The position numbers and the translations under genes were made by a program. Below are positions 9,450-18,670 of a stretch of 64,000 nt of DNA, piece after piece. The stretch lies in the NCBI GenBank assembly GCA_024405265.1, contig JAKSOZ010000003.1:17498-81497 (forward strand). The letters run 5' to 3'. Below the pieces are notes generated by a model. It saw only the letters and a program-made list of their open reading frames with translations. It searched no databases and was not told where the DNA came from. Position 1 is the stretch's first letter, and each line of letters begins with the position of its first letter. The DNA comes from Kiritimatiellia bacterium (GTDB lineage: Bacteria; Verrucomicrobiota; Kiritimatiellia; RFP12; UBA1067).

Positions 9450-10897
9450 TTACCGGTCTGCAGCACCTTAAATCCGAGCCCTTTGAGCGCAGCGGAGTCG
9501 AGACAATTGCGAGTGTCGAAGACGAGCGCGGGCTTGCGCATGGAGGCGTAGAGGCGCGCCCAATCGAGCGTCGGATAGTGGCACCAGTCGGTCATGACGA
9601 CGATGGCGTCAGCGTCACGTGCGGCGGCGTATTCATCCTCGGTGAATTCGATCGGCGCTTGCTTGAAGATGCGCGAGTCGCTACCGCCGGTCGAAATGTC
9701 CTCTTCGATCAAATCAGCGAGATCCTTCTTCGCATTTGCGAGCGCCTTCGGATCGGTGATTGCGAGGCGGACGTGCTCGTCGTGGAGAAGGCGGACGACG
9801 GTTCCGGCGGGAGTTTCGCGCGTGTCGCCGGTATCCGCCTTGAAGGCGAAGCCGAAGATCGCGATTTTCTTGTTCGCAAGGGTGTTGAACATCGCCTTGA
9901 AGAGGCGCGAGACGATGCGCTCTTGCTGGTGGTCGTTCATCTTGATGACCTCATGCCAATATTCCGCGGCAGTGTGAAGTCCGAACGATTCGCAGAGGTA
10001 GACGAGATTGAGGACGTCCTTCTTGAAGCAGCTGCCGCCGAAGCCGGGACCCGCCTTGAGGAACTTAGGTCCGATGCGATGATCTGCGCCCATCACCTTC
10101 GCGACCTCATCGACGTCCGCACCCGTCGCTTCGCAGAGCCCCGCAATCGCATTGATCGAGCTGACGCGCTGCGCGAGGAAAGCGTTGGCGGCAAGCTTGG
10201 TGAGCTCGGCGGACCAGACGTTGGTCGTCAGGATCTTCTCCCTGGGAACCCAGTTCTTCGCCGCGCCTTCGTAAATCTCAACCACGGCATCGACCGCCGC
10301 TTGGCCTTGGGCGTCTTGCGGACCGCCGATAAGCACGCGGTCGGGATTCATGAGATCCTTAATCGCCGTACCTTCGGCAAGAAATTCAGGATTCGAGAGG
10401 ACTGTAAAATTCCTTTGTTGACCTTGACCTTCAACCTTGACCTCAGAACGAGCATCCTGCGCGTTCAGTATCGCCTCCATTGCCGCGGCAGTTCTTACCG
10501 GAAGCGTCGACTTTTCGACGACAATCTTGGGTCCATTCGCCCACGCCTTGATGTTGCGTGCGGTCGATTCCCAATACTGGAGGTCGGATGCGCGTCCCGC
10601 TCCTTTGCCGAACATTTTGGTCGGGGTATTGACGCCGACGAAGATGATGTCGCACTCTTTCACCGCCGCTTCGATATCGGTTGAGAAGAAGAGATTTTTT
10701 CCACGTACTTCCCTCACGACATCCACGAGCCCGGGCTCGTAGATCGGGAGATCAAAGTCCGCGGAGTTCCACGCGGCGATGCGCTTTTCGTTGATGTCGA
10801 CGACGATGACTTTGCGGTCGGGATTCATCTTGGCAATCACCGCCATCGTCGGTCCGCCAATGTATCCCGCACCTATGCAAACGATATCTTTGTTCAT
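9446..10897 (-). CDS. ugd: UDP-glucose 6-dehydrogenase (long, eukaryote-like form)
   Basis: 483 aa. N-terminal Rossmann motif VCIGAGYIGGPTMAVIA, catalytic region GFGGSCFKKD, ATGA overlap with the downstream transferase. Confidence 0.92.
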   Translation of the reverse strand: MNKDIVCIGAGYIGGPTMAVIAKMNPDRKVIVVDINEKRIAAWNSADFDLPIYEPGLVDVVREVRGKNLFFSTDIEAAVKECDIIFVGVNTPTKMFGKGAGRASDLQYWESTARNIKAWANGPKIVVEKSTLPVRTAAAMEAILNAQDARSEVKVEGQGQQRNFTVLSNPEFLAEGTAIKDLMNPDRVLIGGPQDAQGQAAVDAVVEIYEGAAKNWVPREKILTTNVWSAELTKLAANAFLAQRVSSINAIAGLCEATGADVDEVAKVMGADHRIGPKFLKAGPGFGGSCFKKDVLNLVYLCESFGLHTAAEYWHEVIKMNDHQQERIVSRLFKAMFNTLANKKIAIFGFAFKADTGDTRETPAGTVVRLLHDEHVRLAITDPKALANAKKDLADLIEEDISTGGSDSRIFKQAPIEFTEDEYAAARDADAIVVMTDWCHYPTLDWARLYASMRKPALVFDTRNCLDSAALKGLGFKVLQTGK

Positions 10898-10904
10898 AAG
10901 GGTA

Positions 10905-10913
10905 ATTATACCA
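10905..10913 (-). promoter_or_regulatory. Putative extended -10 promoter (TGGTATAAT), leaderless ugd transcript
   Basis: Minus strand reads TTTGGTATAAT-TACCCTT-ATG. Only 7 nt separate the hexamer from the ugd ATG (10897) and there is no SD. Confidence 0.5.
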
Positions 10914-10936
10914 AATCACCGCCGTCTTTTCCACCG

Positions 10937-10970
10937 CAAAAAGAAAGACCCCGCTCCTTGGAGCGAGGCC
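10937..10970 (-). terminator. Rho-independent terminator after the 10996 gene
   Basis: Minus-strand RNA GGCCUCGCUCC-AA-GGAGCGGGGUC followed by UUUCUUUUUG, about 25 nt after the stop at 10996. Confidence 0.6.
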
Positions 10971-10995
10971 TTATCTCAAGCGTTCGACTTAGGAA

Positions 10996-11595
10996 TTATT
11001 CCTTTTCGCCGAAGAGCCAGGGACCATTGACGAACGGGAAGACCGGAACCTTCGAGTTGTCGCAGAAGTTGACGAGACCGATCTGGATACCCTTGCGCGA
11101 GTCAGCCTTCTTCGTGTGGGTGACGATACCGACCTGAACGCCCTTCGACTCGTCCGCGTCAACCGCGTAACCGGCCTGGCAACCGTTCTGAAGCGTCTTG
11201 CAACGAGCGGCGGCAGCGGCCTGGAAGCCCATAACCTTACCATCGACGCGGCTGGCACCAACCGCTCCGCAAGCGCCGATTACGCTGCCGTCGATCTTCG
11301 ACATGACGATCGTGCCCTGAGCACCGATGAGCGAACCTTCGATGCGAGTCTGGCCGAGGCCGATATTGACGCCGTGAACGGTCTTTGAAACGCCGCGGAT
11401 AGCGTCGGCGCGGAACTGCTGGACGCAGTTGTCAGTCGACTTGTCCTGCATATCAGGGCTGTTGAAGCACCAGAGGACCTTGACGCACTTGTTGTAATCG
11501 AGCTGCATGTTGCCGGCTTCACCGGGGAGTTCAACCTTAGCAGCCATAGCGGAAAGACCGGCAACGGCGGCGAGAGCGAAAACGAGTTTCTTCAT
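10996..11595 (-). CDS. Secreted repeat protein (LA_2272-like GxQxGxxN surface repeats, tentative)
   Basis: Start set at MKKLVFALAAVAGLSAMAA (signal peptide, AAGGA SD). Repeats GVNIGLG, GVQVGIV, GIQIGLVN and a C-terminal PVFPFVNGPW tail resemble the Leptospira LA_2272 repeat family as I remember it. Confidence 0.55.
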   Translation of the reverse strand: MKKLVFALAAVAGLSAMAAKVELPGEAGNMQLDYNKCVKVLWCFNSPDMQDKSTDNCVQQFRADAIRGVSKTVHGVNIGLGQTRIEGSLIGAQGTIVMSKIDGSVIGACGAVGASRVDGKVMGFQAAAAARCKTLQNGCQAGYAVDADESKGVQVGIVTHTKKADSRKGIQIGLVNFCDNSKVPVFPFVNGPWLFGEKE

Positions 11596-11653
11596 TTCTA
11601 TTGTATCCTTATCTTTTATTCGACCTCGGACCACCCGAAATCAATATGATGTT

Positions 11654-11662
11654 ATTATACCA
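11654..11662 (-). promoter_or_regulatory. Putative extended -10 promoter (TGGTATAAT)
   Basis: Minus-strand TTTGGTATAAT in the 116-nt gap upstream of the 11595 start. Predicted leader about 50 nt. Confidence 0.5.
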
Positions 11663-11711
11663 AATTCGACCGCCTCTTCGCAACCCCGAAACCGCATCAT
11701 CCCTCAACGAA

Positions 11712-12623
11712 TCAAGACCTCAAGGCATCAGCTATAGTGCGCTTGAGTTTCCACAAGCGGAATTTGGCCTTTAAAGGGAGCATTCGAGCAAGCTCGGGAT
11801 GTGCGCCCAGAAGTTTCATGAGCCTAAGCAGAAAGACTTTGGTAAGCGAAGGATCCCTCGTTTTCGTCACCTTACCGACGAGAGTCGCGAGGCCCTTTAC
11901 CACCTGACGGACGGGGATATCGCCGGCATAAGGAGAGTCTATCATAAGAATGGAATCGATACCGGAAAAAAGCCCCTTCATTCGCTTACTCGAGAATTTC
12001 GAACGAACGATGGTTTCGGTCCCGTTATTGATGTAAACGTACATCGGCTCTTCCACCGCGGCGAAATATTCGACATCGCAGAAAACGGAAGTCGTAACGG
12101 GATAGTCTTCATGAAGAGTCGCGGGGAAACGACGATCCTTGAAAAGGCTCGAGACATAGAGTTTATTGCACGCGGAATACTCTACTTTTTTACCGACTAT
12201 CCAAGCGTTTTTGCGCTTTGTCCACTTCACGCGAGCTTCGCGCTTCTCGGGAACGCTTCGTAAGAAATCCATCGACACCACAAGGGGCAAGGACGACTCT
12301 TCGGCGACTTGAGTGAGCTTAGCGATAGCGTCCTCGGGAATAACGTCATCCGAATCGACGAACATCACGTAATCGCCGGTCATGGCATCAAGACCCGTAT
12401 TGCGCGCCGGTCCAAGACCTTGATTTTCTTGGGTAATGACTTTAACGCGATCGGAATAACGCTCGAGAATCTCCGCGCAGTTATCGGGCGAACCGTCATT
12501 AACGCAAATGATCTCGACCTCAACCGATTTCGCCTTATCCTTCGCCGCCAAAATCGAGTCGAGGCAACGCTCGAGATATTTCTCGACGTTGTAAACGGGA
12601 ACGATAACCGAGACCTTCTTCAT
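11712..12623 (-). CDS. Glycosyltransferase family 2
   Basis: Start set at MKKVSVIVPVYNVEKYLERCLDSI (classic GT2 N-terminus), then CVNDGSPD and a DSDD motif. The track start 12743 overlaps glyA. Confidence 0.88.
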   Translation of the reverse strand: MKKVSVIVPVYNVEKYLERCLDSILAAKDKAKSVEVEIICVNDGSPDNCAEILERYSDRVKVITQENQGLGPARNTGLDAMTGDYVMFVDSDDVIPEDAIAKLTQVAEESSLPLVVSMDFLRSVPEKREARVKWTKRKNAWIVGKKVEYSACNKLYVSSLFKDRRFPATLHEDYPVTTSVFCDVEYFAAVEEPMYVYINNGTETIVRSKFSSKRMKGLFSGIDSILMIDSPYAGDIPVRQVVKGLATLVGKVTKTRDPSLTKVFLLRLMKLLGAHPELARMLPLKAKFRLWKLKRTIADALRS

Positions 12624-12648
12624 CGCCGAATCTTCCCCTTTCTCTTCT

Positions 12649-14325
12649 TTACGGAACGGGGAAGGCGCTGACGAGCGCTTTCGCTTCGGCCTTGACGCGA
12701 GCGATGATCTTATCATCAGCGATACAATCGAGGACATCCGCAATCATCGTACCGATTTTAATCATCTCGCCCTCTTTCATGCCACGCGTCGTGACCGAAG
12801 CCGTGCCGATACGGATACCGGAGGTCTTGAACGGACTTTCGGTGTCGTAGGGAATGGCGTTTTTATTGACGACGATACCCGCCGCATCGAGCGCGGCAGC
12901 AGCGTCCTTACCGGTCAAGCCCTTCTCCTTTACGTCGACTAGGAAGAGATGATTATCGGTTCCGCCGGAAACGATACGATAGCCTCGAGCCTTGATCGTC
13001 TCGCAAAGAACGCGGCAATTCTTGACGACCTGCGCGGCATAAGCTTTGAAATCATCCGACATCGCTTCCTTGAAGCAAATCGCTTTCGCCGCGATGATGT
13101 TCTCGAGAGGGCCGCCCTGCATACCCGGGAAGACGGCGCTATCGAGAGCCTTCGCCCATTTCTCCTTGCAGAGAACGAGGCCGCCGCGCGGACCGCGAAG
13201 CGTCTTATGGGTCGTGGTAGTAACGAAATCGGCGTAGGGAACGGGGCTTTCATGAGCACCGCCCGCGACCAAACCCGCGATATGCGCCATGTCGACCATC
13301 ATAATCGCGCCGACCTTATCGCAGATTTCACGAATACGCTTGAAATCGATCGCTCTCGGATAAGCGGAAGCGCCGGAAAGAAGAATCTTAGGCTTGATTT
13401 CGAGCGCCTTCTTCTCGAGCTCATCGTAATCGAGCGTTTCCGTCTTTTTATCGACGAAGTAAGGCACGATATTGTAAAGCTTACCGGAGAAATTGACCGA
13501 AGAACCGTGAGAAAGATGACCGCCCTGATCGAGCGACAAGGAAAGTATCGTCTCGCCCGGTTTGAGGCAAGCGAAATAAACCGCCATATTCGCCGCGCTA
13601 CCGCAGTGAGGCTGAACATTCGCGTGCTCGGCGCCGAAAAGCGCCTTCGCGCGTTCGATCGCGAGCGACTCCACTTTATCGACGGGGCCGCAGCCCGAAT
13701 ACCAACGCTTCGCGGGATAACCTTCGGCGTACTTGTTCATCAAGACCGAGCCCGCCGCCTCGCGGCAAGCGCGCGAAGAAAAATTCTCGGAAGCTATAAG
13801 ATTGATTTCTTCGTCTTCCTGGGTCGTTTGATCGACGATCGCCTCGTAGATTTCGCTATCGTACGCGGCTAGGCCCGAGCAATCGGAAAGACGAGCGGCG
13901 CGTTCCAACTTCGCGCGACGACGAGCATGGCGCTGATCGGCGTCAACCGGAGTCGAGATGAACGTCTTCGCGATTTCGACCGCGTATTCGCTCGAGACTA
14001 TATCCGCGCCGAGGCAGAGAACATTCGAGCCGTTGTGTTGACGAGTAAGAACCGCCGTTTCGGTCGTATGGCAAAGGCCCGCGCGCACATTCTGGAAACG
14101 ATTCGCCGCAATCGACATACCGATACCCGTGCGGCAAATGAGAATACCGAAATCGACTTCTCCCGACGAAACCTTACGCGCGACGGCGCCGGCGAAGTCC
14201 GGATAATCGCAGCTCTTCTTCTCGTTCGGGCCCATATCGATAACCGTCGCTATCGAAGAAAGCGCTTCGATCAAAATCGCTTTAAGCTCAAGTCCACCAT
14301 GGTCCGTTCCGATCGCAATTTTCAT
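12649..14325 (-). CDS. glyA: Fusion protein: ribose-5-phosphate isomerase B (N-terminal) and serine hydroxymethyltransferase (C-terminal)
   Basis: Residues 1-145 are RpiB/LacAB-like ([11 protein letters not shown]..., [14 protein letters not shown]). After a roughly 10-aa linker comes full-length SHMT (LIASENFSS..., [28 protein letters not shown] with the PLP lysine). Confidence 0.9.
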   Translation of the reverse strand: MKIAIGTDHGGLELKAILIEALSSIATVIDMGPNEKKSCDYPDFAGAVARKVSSGEVDFGILICRTGIGMSIAANRFQNVRAGLCHTTETAVLTRQHNGSNVLCLGADIVSSEYAVEIAKTFISTPVDADQRHARRRAKLERAARLSDCSGLAAYDSEIYEAIVDQTTQEDEEINLIASENFSSRACREAAGSVLMNKYAEGYPAKRWYSGCGPVDKVESLAIERAKALFGAEHANVQPHCGSAANMAVYFACLKPGETILSLSLDQGGHLSHGSSVNFSGKLYNIVPYFVDKKTETLDYDELEKKALEIKPKILLSGASAYPRAIDFKRIREICDKVGAIMMVDMAHIAGLVAGGAHESPVPYADFVTTTTHKTLRGPRGGLVLCKEKWAKALDSAVFPGMQGGPLENIIAAKAICFKEAMSDDFKAYAAQVVKNCRVLCETIKARGYRIVSGGTDNHLFLVDVKEKGLTGKDAAAALDAAGIVVNKNAIPYDTESPFKTSGIRIGTASVTTRGMKEGEMIKIGTMIADVLDCIADDKIIARVKAEAKALVSAFPVP

Positions 14326-15530
14326 ATCTTCTCCTTTTTCGGTATATTATATAATTTGGCGCGGTACTTGGCAACCGTTCGACGCGCCATTTTGACGCCG
14401 CGCTTCTGAAGCTCCTCGGAAATCACGCGATCTCCCGGATAGTTTCCGCTCTCGGCGTACTCTTTCAAAATTTTCTTAAGCTCTTCGACCTCGGTCTTTT
14501 CGCCTTTAACGAAGAACGCTCTTAAAGGAACGACGCCGAAGGGAGTTCGGACGTACTTTCGAGCCGCCGCGCGAGAAACCGTCGCGACGTGACACTTAGC
14601 TTCTTTCGCAACATCGACCATCGTCTGGCGCTTGAGCGCGATTTTGCCGCGCTTCAAATATTCCTCCTGCCCGGCAATGGCGAGCGTCGCTATTTTCATG
14701 AGCGTCTGCTGACGACGAACGAGCGCCGCGCGGAATTCTCTCGCGTGATTCACCCTTTCCGCGGCATATTTGCGCGTCTCGGGCTCGATCGTCTTGTCCT
14801 TCGCCATCTGCAAATATTTAGGCGAGATATTGATCTCTGGGATATCTTTCGTTTCGATTTCCACGTTACCCGAGCGGTCGACTTTAATATCGGCATTAAC
14901 GAACTGAGGCTTCGTATGATCGAAGAGCTTACCGGGGAAAGGATCGAGTTTTTTCAATATCCTGATCGCCGCGGGGCTTAACTTCCCGCTCATAAGCGAA
15001 TCAAGCTCCTTATCCAAAACCGCCCTTTCGCCCTCGGAAAGCGTCTTCAACTGCGCGCGGAAACACTCCACGAGATCTTTCGCTCCGCAACCGAGCGGAT
15101 CAAGGCTCATCACGAACGCGCGCGAACGCTCAAGCGACTCTTCACTCGCGCCGGTAATCATCACCAGATCCGGCATCGAACCGACAAAACGTCCGTTCTC
15201 ATCAAGATTCTCGATTATCTTCGCACAAAGTTCTTTCGCGTCCGCAGGGATATCGCTCATTTCAAGCTCGCTCAAAAGATGCTCTTCGAGGCTCTCGGAG
15301 TCTTCCGCCGCCAGATTGTCGGTCAAAGCGGAAGAGGCGGCAATAAGCGAGCGATCGGTCACGAAAGTCGGGGAAAACTCAACGTCTTCAATAGCGGGGT
15401 TCGATTCCACTTCCTTTTTGACCGCGTCTCTAAGCTCTCCGATCGGAAGCTGCAAGAGATTGAGCCCCATCCACATCGCCGGGGTCATCGCTTGCTTTTG
15501 GACTTGGCTCGGACGTTGAGTAAGCTGCAT
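14322..15530 (-). CDS. rpoN: RNA polymerase sigma-54 factor (short form, 402 aa)
   Basis: Region I Q-rich N-terminus [24 protein letters not shown], and C-terminal RpoN box ARRTVAKYR. Confidence 0.9.
   Translation of the reverse strand: MQLTQRPSQVQKQAMTPAMWMGLNLLQLPIGELRDAVKKEVESNPAIEDVEFSPTFVTDRSLIAASSALTDNLAAEDSESLEEHLLSELEMSDIPADAKELCAKIIENLDENGRFVGSMPDLVMITGASEESLERSRAFVMSLDPLGCGAKDLVECFRAQLKTLSEGERAVLDKELDSLMSGKLSPAAIRILKKLDPFPGKLFDHTKPQFVNADIKVDRSGNVEIETKDIPEINISPKYLQMAKDKTIEPETRKYAAERVNHAREFRAALVRRQQTLMKIATLAIAGQEEYLKRGKIALKRQTMVDVAKEAKCHVATVSRAAARKYVRTPFGVVPLRAFFVKGEKTEVEELKKILKEYAESGNYPGDRVISEELQKRGVKMARRTVAKYRAKLYNIPKKEKI
14346..14351 (-). promoter_or_regulatory. Possible internal -10 (TATAAT) upstream of rpiB-glyA
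   Basis: Minus strand reads TATAAT-ATACC-GAAAAAGGAGAAGAT-ATG inside the rpoN 3-prime end. No TG extension, so this is weak. Confidence 0.3.
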
Positions 15531-17503
15531 TATTTAAGCATTTCCATTAGCTCGGCTTCGCCGATTACCGTCGTACCGAGAGCGCGCGCTTTCGACGTTT
15601 TCGATTCCCCGACGTTAGCGCCCGCAATCAAATACTTCGTTTTCGACGTTACCGAACTTTGTATGACGCCACCGGCGAGTTCAATGAGTTTCGCGTATTC
15701 ACCGCGAGGCCTCGATAAAGTCCCCGTGATCACGCACCCCATCCCGACGAGCGGCCCCGAAGTTTTGATCTCCGATTTCGCTTCACTCTTCGGATTGAGA
15801 TCAAGAGCTTTCATGGTGGAGACGAACTTTTGCCCGTAGTCGGAAGCGAAAAAGTCGATAATCGCCTTCGCGACGACTCGCTTATCCTCTTTCAAAACGG
15901 AAGAATCGACAAGATCGAAGAACGTTTCGTGTTTCGCGGCGATTTCTTTCGCGATCGTCTCACCGACGCCGGGAATTCCGATCGCGAAAAGCCAGCGGTG
16001 GAGCGGAAGCTTCTTCGCTTCATCTAGCGCGTCCAAAAGCTTTTCGCCGTTCTTTCCGAAGTAGCCGATCACCATAAGCTCATTCATCGTGAACAAGTCG
16101 AGAATATCTTCCGCGAGCTTCATTTCGACGATCGTATCGGCAACCTTCTCTCCGAGACACTTGATATCAAGAGCATTACGCGAAGCGAAGTGCTCGATTC
16201 TACGCTTGAGTTTCGCTCCGCAAGCCGGGTTAGCGCACCGAAGCGCGACTTCGCCCTCGTTTTTCACGATTTCGCCGCCGCAGACCGGGCAGACGCTCGG
16301 CATTTCAAAGACTTTTTCTTCACCGGTACGCTTCTCGGTAATCACGCTTTCGATCGCAGGAATAACGTCTCCCGCCTTCACGATATAAACGTGATCCAAG
16401 ACTCTCACGTCCTGACGCGCGATTTGATCGGCATTATGCAAAGTAGCGCGGGAGATCACACTGCCGGCGAGCTCGATAGGCTTAAGCTCCGCTACCGGCG
16501 TCAAAATCCCCGTGCGACCGACCTGAACCGTAATAGCTTCGACGATCGTTTCCGCGCGTTCAGGAGCGTACTTGTAGGCCCGCGCCCACCTAGGGCCGTG
16601 GGCCGTAGCGCCGAGGACATCATGAAACTTACGCTCGTCGATCTTGATTACCGCGCCGTCGATTTCAAAGCGGAAAGAATGCCTTAAACGCTGAAGTTCG
16701 TCGATCGCATCGAAAACTTCGCTCATCGTCGAGGCGCTCTTGAACCACGGCGCGATCGGGAAACCCCACCGCTTGAACGCGGCGACCATCTCGGAGTGAG
16801 AATTGAAACCGTCGCAACCGATTCCACCCGCGTTATAAATAACGATATCAAGCGGACGAGAAGCGACCACCTTCGGATCCAACTGCTTCAACGAGCCCGC
16901 GCAGGCATTTCGCGGATTCGCGAAAGGTTCCAAGCCCTCTTCCTCGGCGCGCTCGTTAAGCTTAACGAAGCCGTCGCGCGTCATATACACTTCGCCGCGC
17001 ACTTCAAGCGTCTCGGGCGCGTCTTCAGGGAGCGAAAGCGGAACCGATTTGATCGTGCGGATATGATTCGTGACGGCGTCGCCGACGAGAGCGTTACCAC
17101 GCGTCGCCGCACGAGCCAGAAGTCGATTTTCGTACCTTAACGAAAGCGAAACGCCGTCGACTTTCGGCTCGACGACATACGTGAAACCGCTCACTTCCTT
17201 ACGGATGAACCGATCGAAATCCTCAAGCTCTGACTTGGAGTGAGTCTTATCGAGGGATTGCATCGGCGGATCATGACGAACCGCGGCGAAAGCCGAAATC
17301 GGCTCACCCGAGACGCGTTGAGTCGGCGAATCGGCACGAACGAGCTCGGGATAGGCTTTCTCAAGCGAAACGAGCTCTTTTTCGAGCAAATCGTAGTCTC
17401 GATCTCCGATTATCGGGCGAGCTTCGACATAATAAAGGCGGTCGTGTTTTTTGATCTCGTCGATCAAGTGGGCGATACGCGACTGAGCCTCTTCTCTTTT
17501 CAT
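15530..17503 (-). CDS. ligA: NAD-dependent DNA ligase
   Basis: 657 aa. Adenylation motif VEPKVDGVS, Zn finger CPVCGGEIV...CANPAC, HhH region and C-terminal BRCT domain. Confidence 0.96.
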   Translation of the reverse strand: MKREEAQSRIAHLIDEIKKHDRLYYVEARPIIGDRDYDLLEKELVSLEKAYPELVRADSPTQRVSGEPISAFAAVRHDPPMQSLDKTHSKSELEDFDRFIRKEVSGFTYVVEPKVDGVSLSLRYENRLLARAATRGNALVGDAVTNHIRTIKSVPLSLPEDAPETLEVRGEVYMTRDGFVKLNERAEEEGLEPFANPRNACAGSLKQLDPKVVASRPLDIVIYNAGGIGCDGFNSHSEMVAAFKRWGFPIAPWFKSASTMSEVFDAIDELQRLRHSFRFEIDGAVIKIDERKFHDVLGATAHGPRWARAYKYAPERAETIVEAITVQVGRTGILTPVAELKPIELAGSVISRATLHNADQIARQDVRVLDHVYIVKAGDVIPAIESVITEKRTGEEKVFEMPSVCPVCGGEIVKNEGEVALRCANPACGAKLKRRIEHFASRNALDIKCLGEKVADTIVEMKLAEDILDLFTMNELMVIGYFGKNGEKLLDALDEAKKLPLHRWLFAIGIPGVGETIAKEIAAKHETFFDLVDSSVLKEDKRVVAKAIIDFFASDYGQKFVSTMKALDLNPKSEAKSEIKTSGPLVGMGCVITGTLSRPRGEYAKLIELAGGVIQSSVTSKTKYLIAGANVGESKTSKARALGTTVIGEAELMEMLK

Positions 17504-17940
17504 CGATTGGCCTTTTTATAACGAATCTGTTTCGGCTTCTTTTTCTCGCTCGCTTCTCCCGTAGAAACGGAGACGTTTTTGGATTCGACCTTACGATTGG
17601 CTTCGACTTCGGCATGACGCTTCGTCACGAGAACGGGCCGAGAATAACCGGCTTTCGCGAGATAGCCCATAAGCGTACGCGAAGTCTGAAGCTCCTGCAA
17701 ATCATCGTCAACCAGAATATGTATGACGCGGGACTTCGGAATATCGTTCTCCAGAAGCATTTGCGGCACTTCTTCGATCTCGACGAAGTTCTCATCGATT
17801 TTGACGCCGAGACGCGTGACATGAATCGAGGGGTCGTTCTTGTCGAGCGAGACGATTCTTTGAGACGCGCAGCCACAAAGAATCATAATCGTCATGCAAG
17901 CGATAACGCCGCCGATCGTAAGTAAAGACTTATCTTGCAA
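17500..17940 (-). CDS. Hypothetical lipoprotein
   Basis: 146 aa. Signal peptide with lipobox ILCGC. K-rich C-terminal tail. No family recognised. Confidence 0.6.
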   Translation of the reverse strand: MQDKSLLTIGGVIACMTIMILCGCASQRIVSLDKNDPSIHVTRLGVKIDENFVEIEEVPQMLLENDIPKSRVIHILVDDDLQELQTSRTLMGYLAKAGYSRPVLVTKRHAEVEANRKVESKNVSVSTGEASEKKKPKQIRYKKANR

Positions 17941-18670
17941 GAAGAATCTTCTCCACGCGAACGGCGTCTTCGGGAGTATCGACGCCGACGCCTTCGTCGT
18001 TCGTCTTCACGACCGCAATCTTCGCGCCCATATAGAGCGCACGAAGCTGTTCGAGCTTCTCGGTCTTCTCAAGCGCGCACGGCGGCTCTTTTATGTAGCG
18101 CTTAAGGAAAGCGCCGCGATAAGCGTAAATTCCGAGATGGCGAACGTAAAGACCGCCGGAAATGTCCGGCTCATTATCACGATCGCAAGGAATCGGACTA
18201 CGAGAGAAATACAAAGCTCCGTCATCACCATCAAGAACGACCTTAACGACCGTCTTCGCCATCAAATCTTCCTTCGACTTGATCGGAGTAACGGCGGTAG
18301 CCATTTCGTACTTATCGGAAGCGGTAAGCTTTTTGACGAGTTCGTCGATAAGACCGGGGTCGATCAACGGCTCATCACCTTGAATATTAACGAGGATATC
18401 ATCGTCGGCGAAATCGTCCGCGGCGACCGCGATGCGATCCGTGCCGCTGGGAAGCTCCGAGGGCGTCATGACGGCCTTGCCGCCGTGAGCTTCAACCGCC
18501 TGAACGATACGCTCGTCATCGGTAGCAACTAGAACCTCGTCGAGGCTTTTCGCTTTCTTGACTGCCTCGACGACCCAGGCGACGAGCGGCTTACCGGCAA
18601 GAATAGCGAGAGGCTTACCCGGGAAACGGGAAGAGCCGAAACGACTAGGAATCACTCCGTATATCTTCAT
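17930..18670 (-). CDS. kdsB: 3-deoxy-manno-octulosonate cytidylyltransferase (CMP-Kdo synthetase)
   Basis: 246 aa. N-terminus GVIPSRFGSSRFPGKPL and later IQGDEPL are KdsB signatures. Confidence 0.92.
   Translation of the reverse strand: MKIYGVIPSRFGSSRFPGKPLAILAGKPLVAWVVEAVKKAKSLDEVLVATDDERIVQAVEAHGGKAVMTPSELPSGTDRIAVAADDFADDDILVNIQGDEPLIDPGLIDELVKKLTASDKYEMATAVTPIKSKEDLMAKTVVKVVLDGDDGALYFSRSPIPCDRDNEPDISGGLYVRHLGIYAYRGAFLKRYIKEPPCALEKTEKLEQLRALYMGAKIAVVKTNDEGVGVDTPEDAVRVEKILLAR

Noticed and set aside
9578-9600. TGGCAC at about 9583 as a possible sigma-54 -24 element (rpoN is present in the window)
   Set aside because: It is on the plus strand inside the ugd coding region. There is no TTGC -12 element at the correct spacing and no downstream plus-strand gene.
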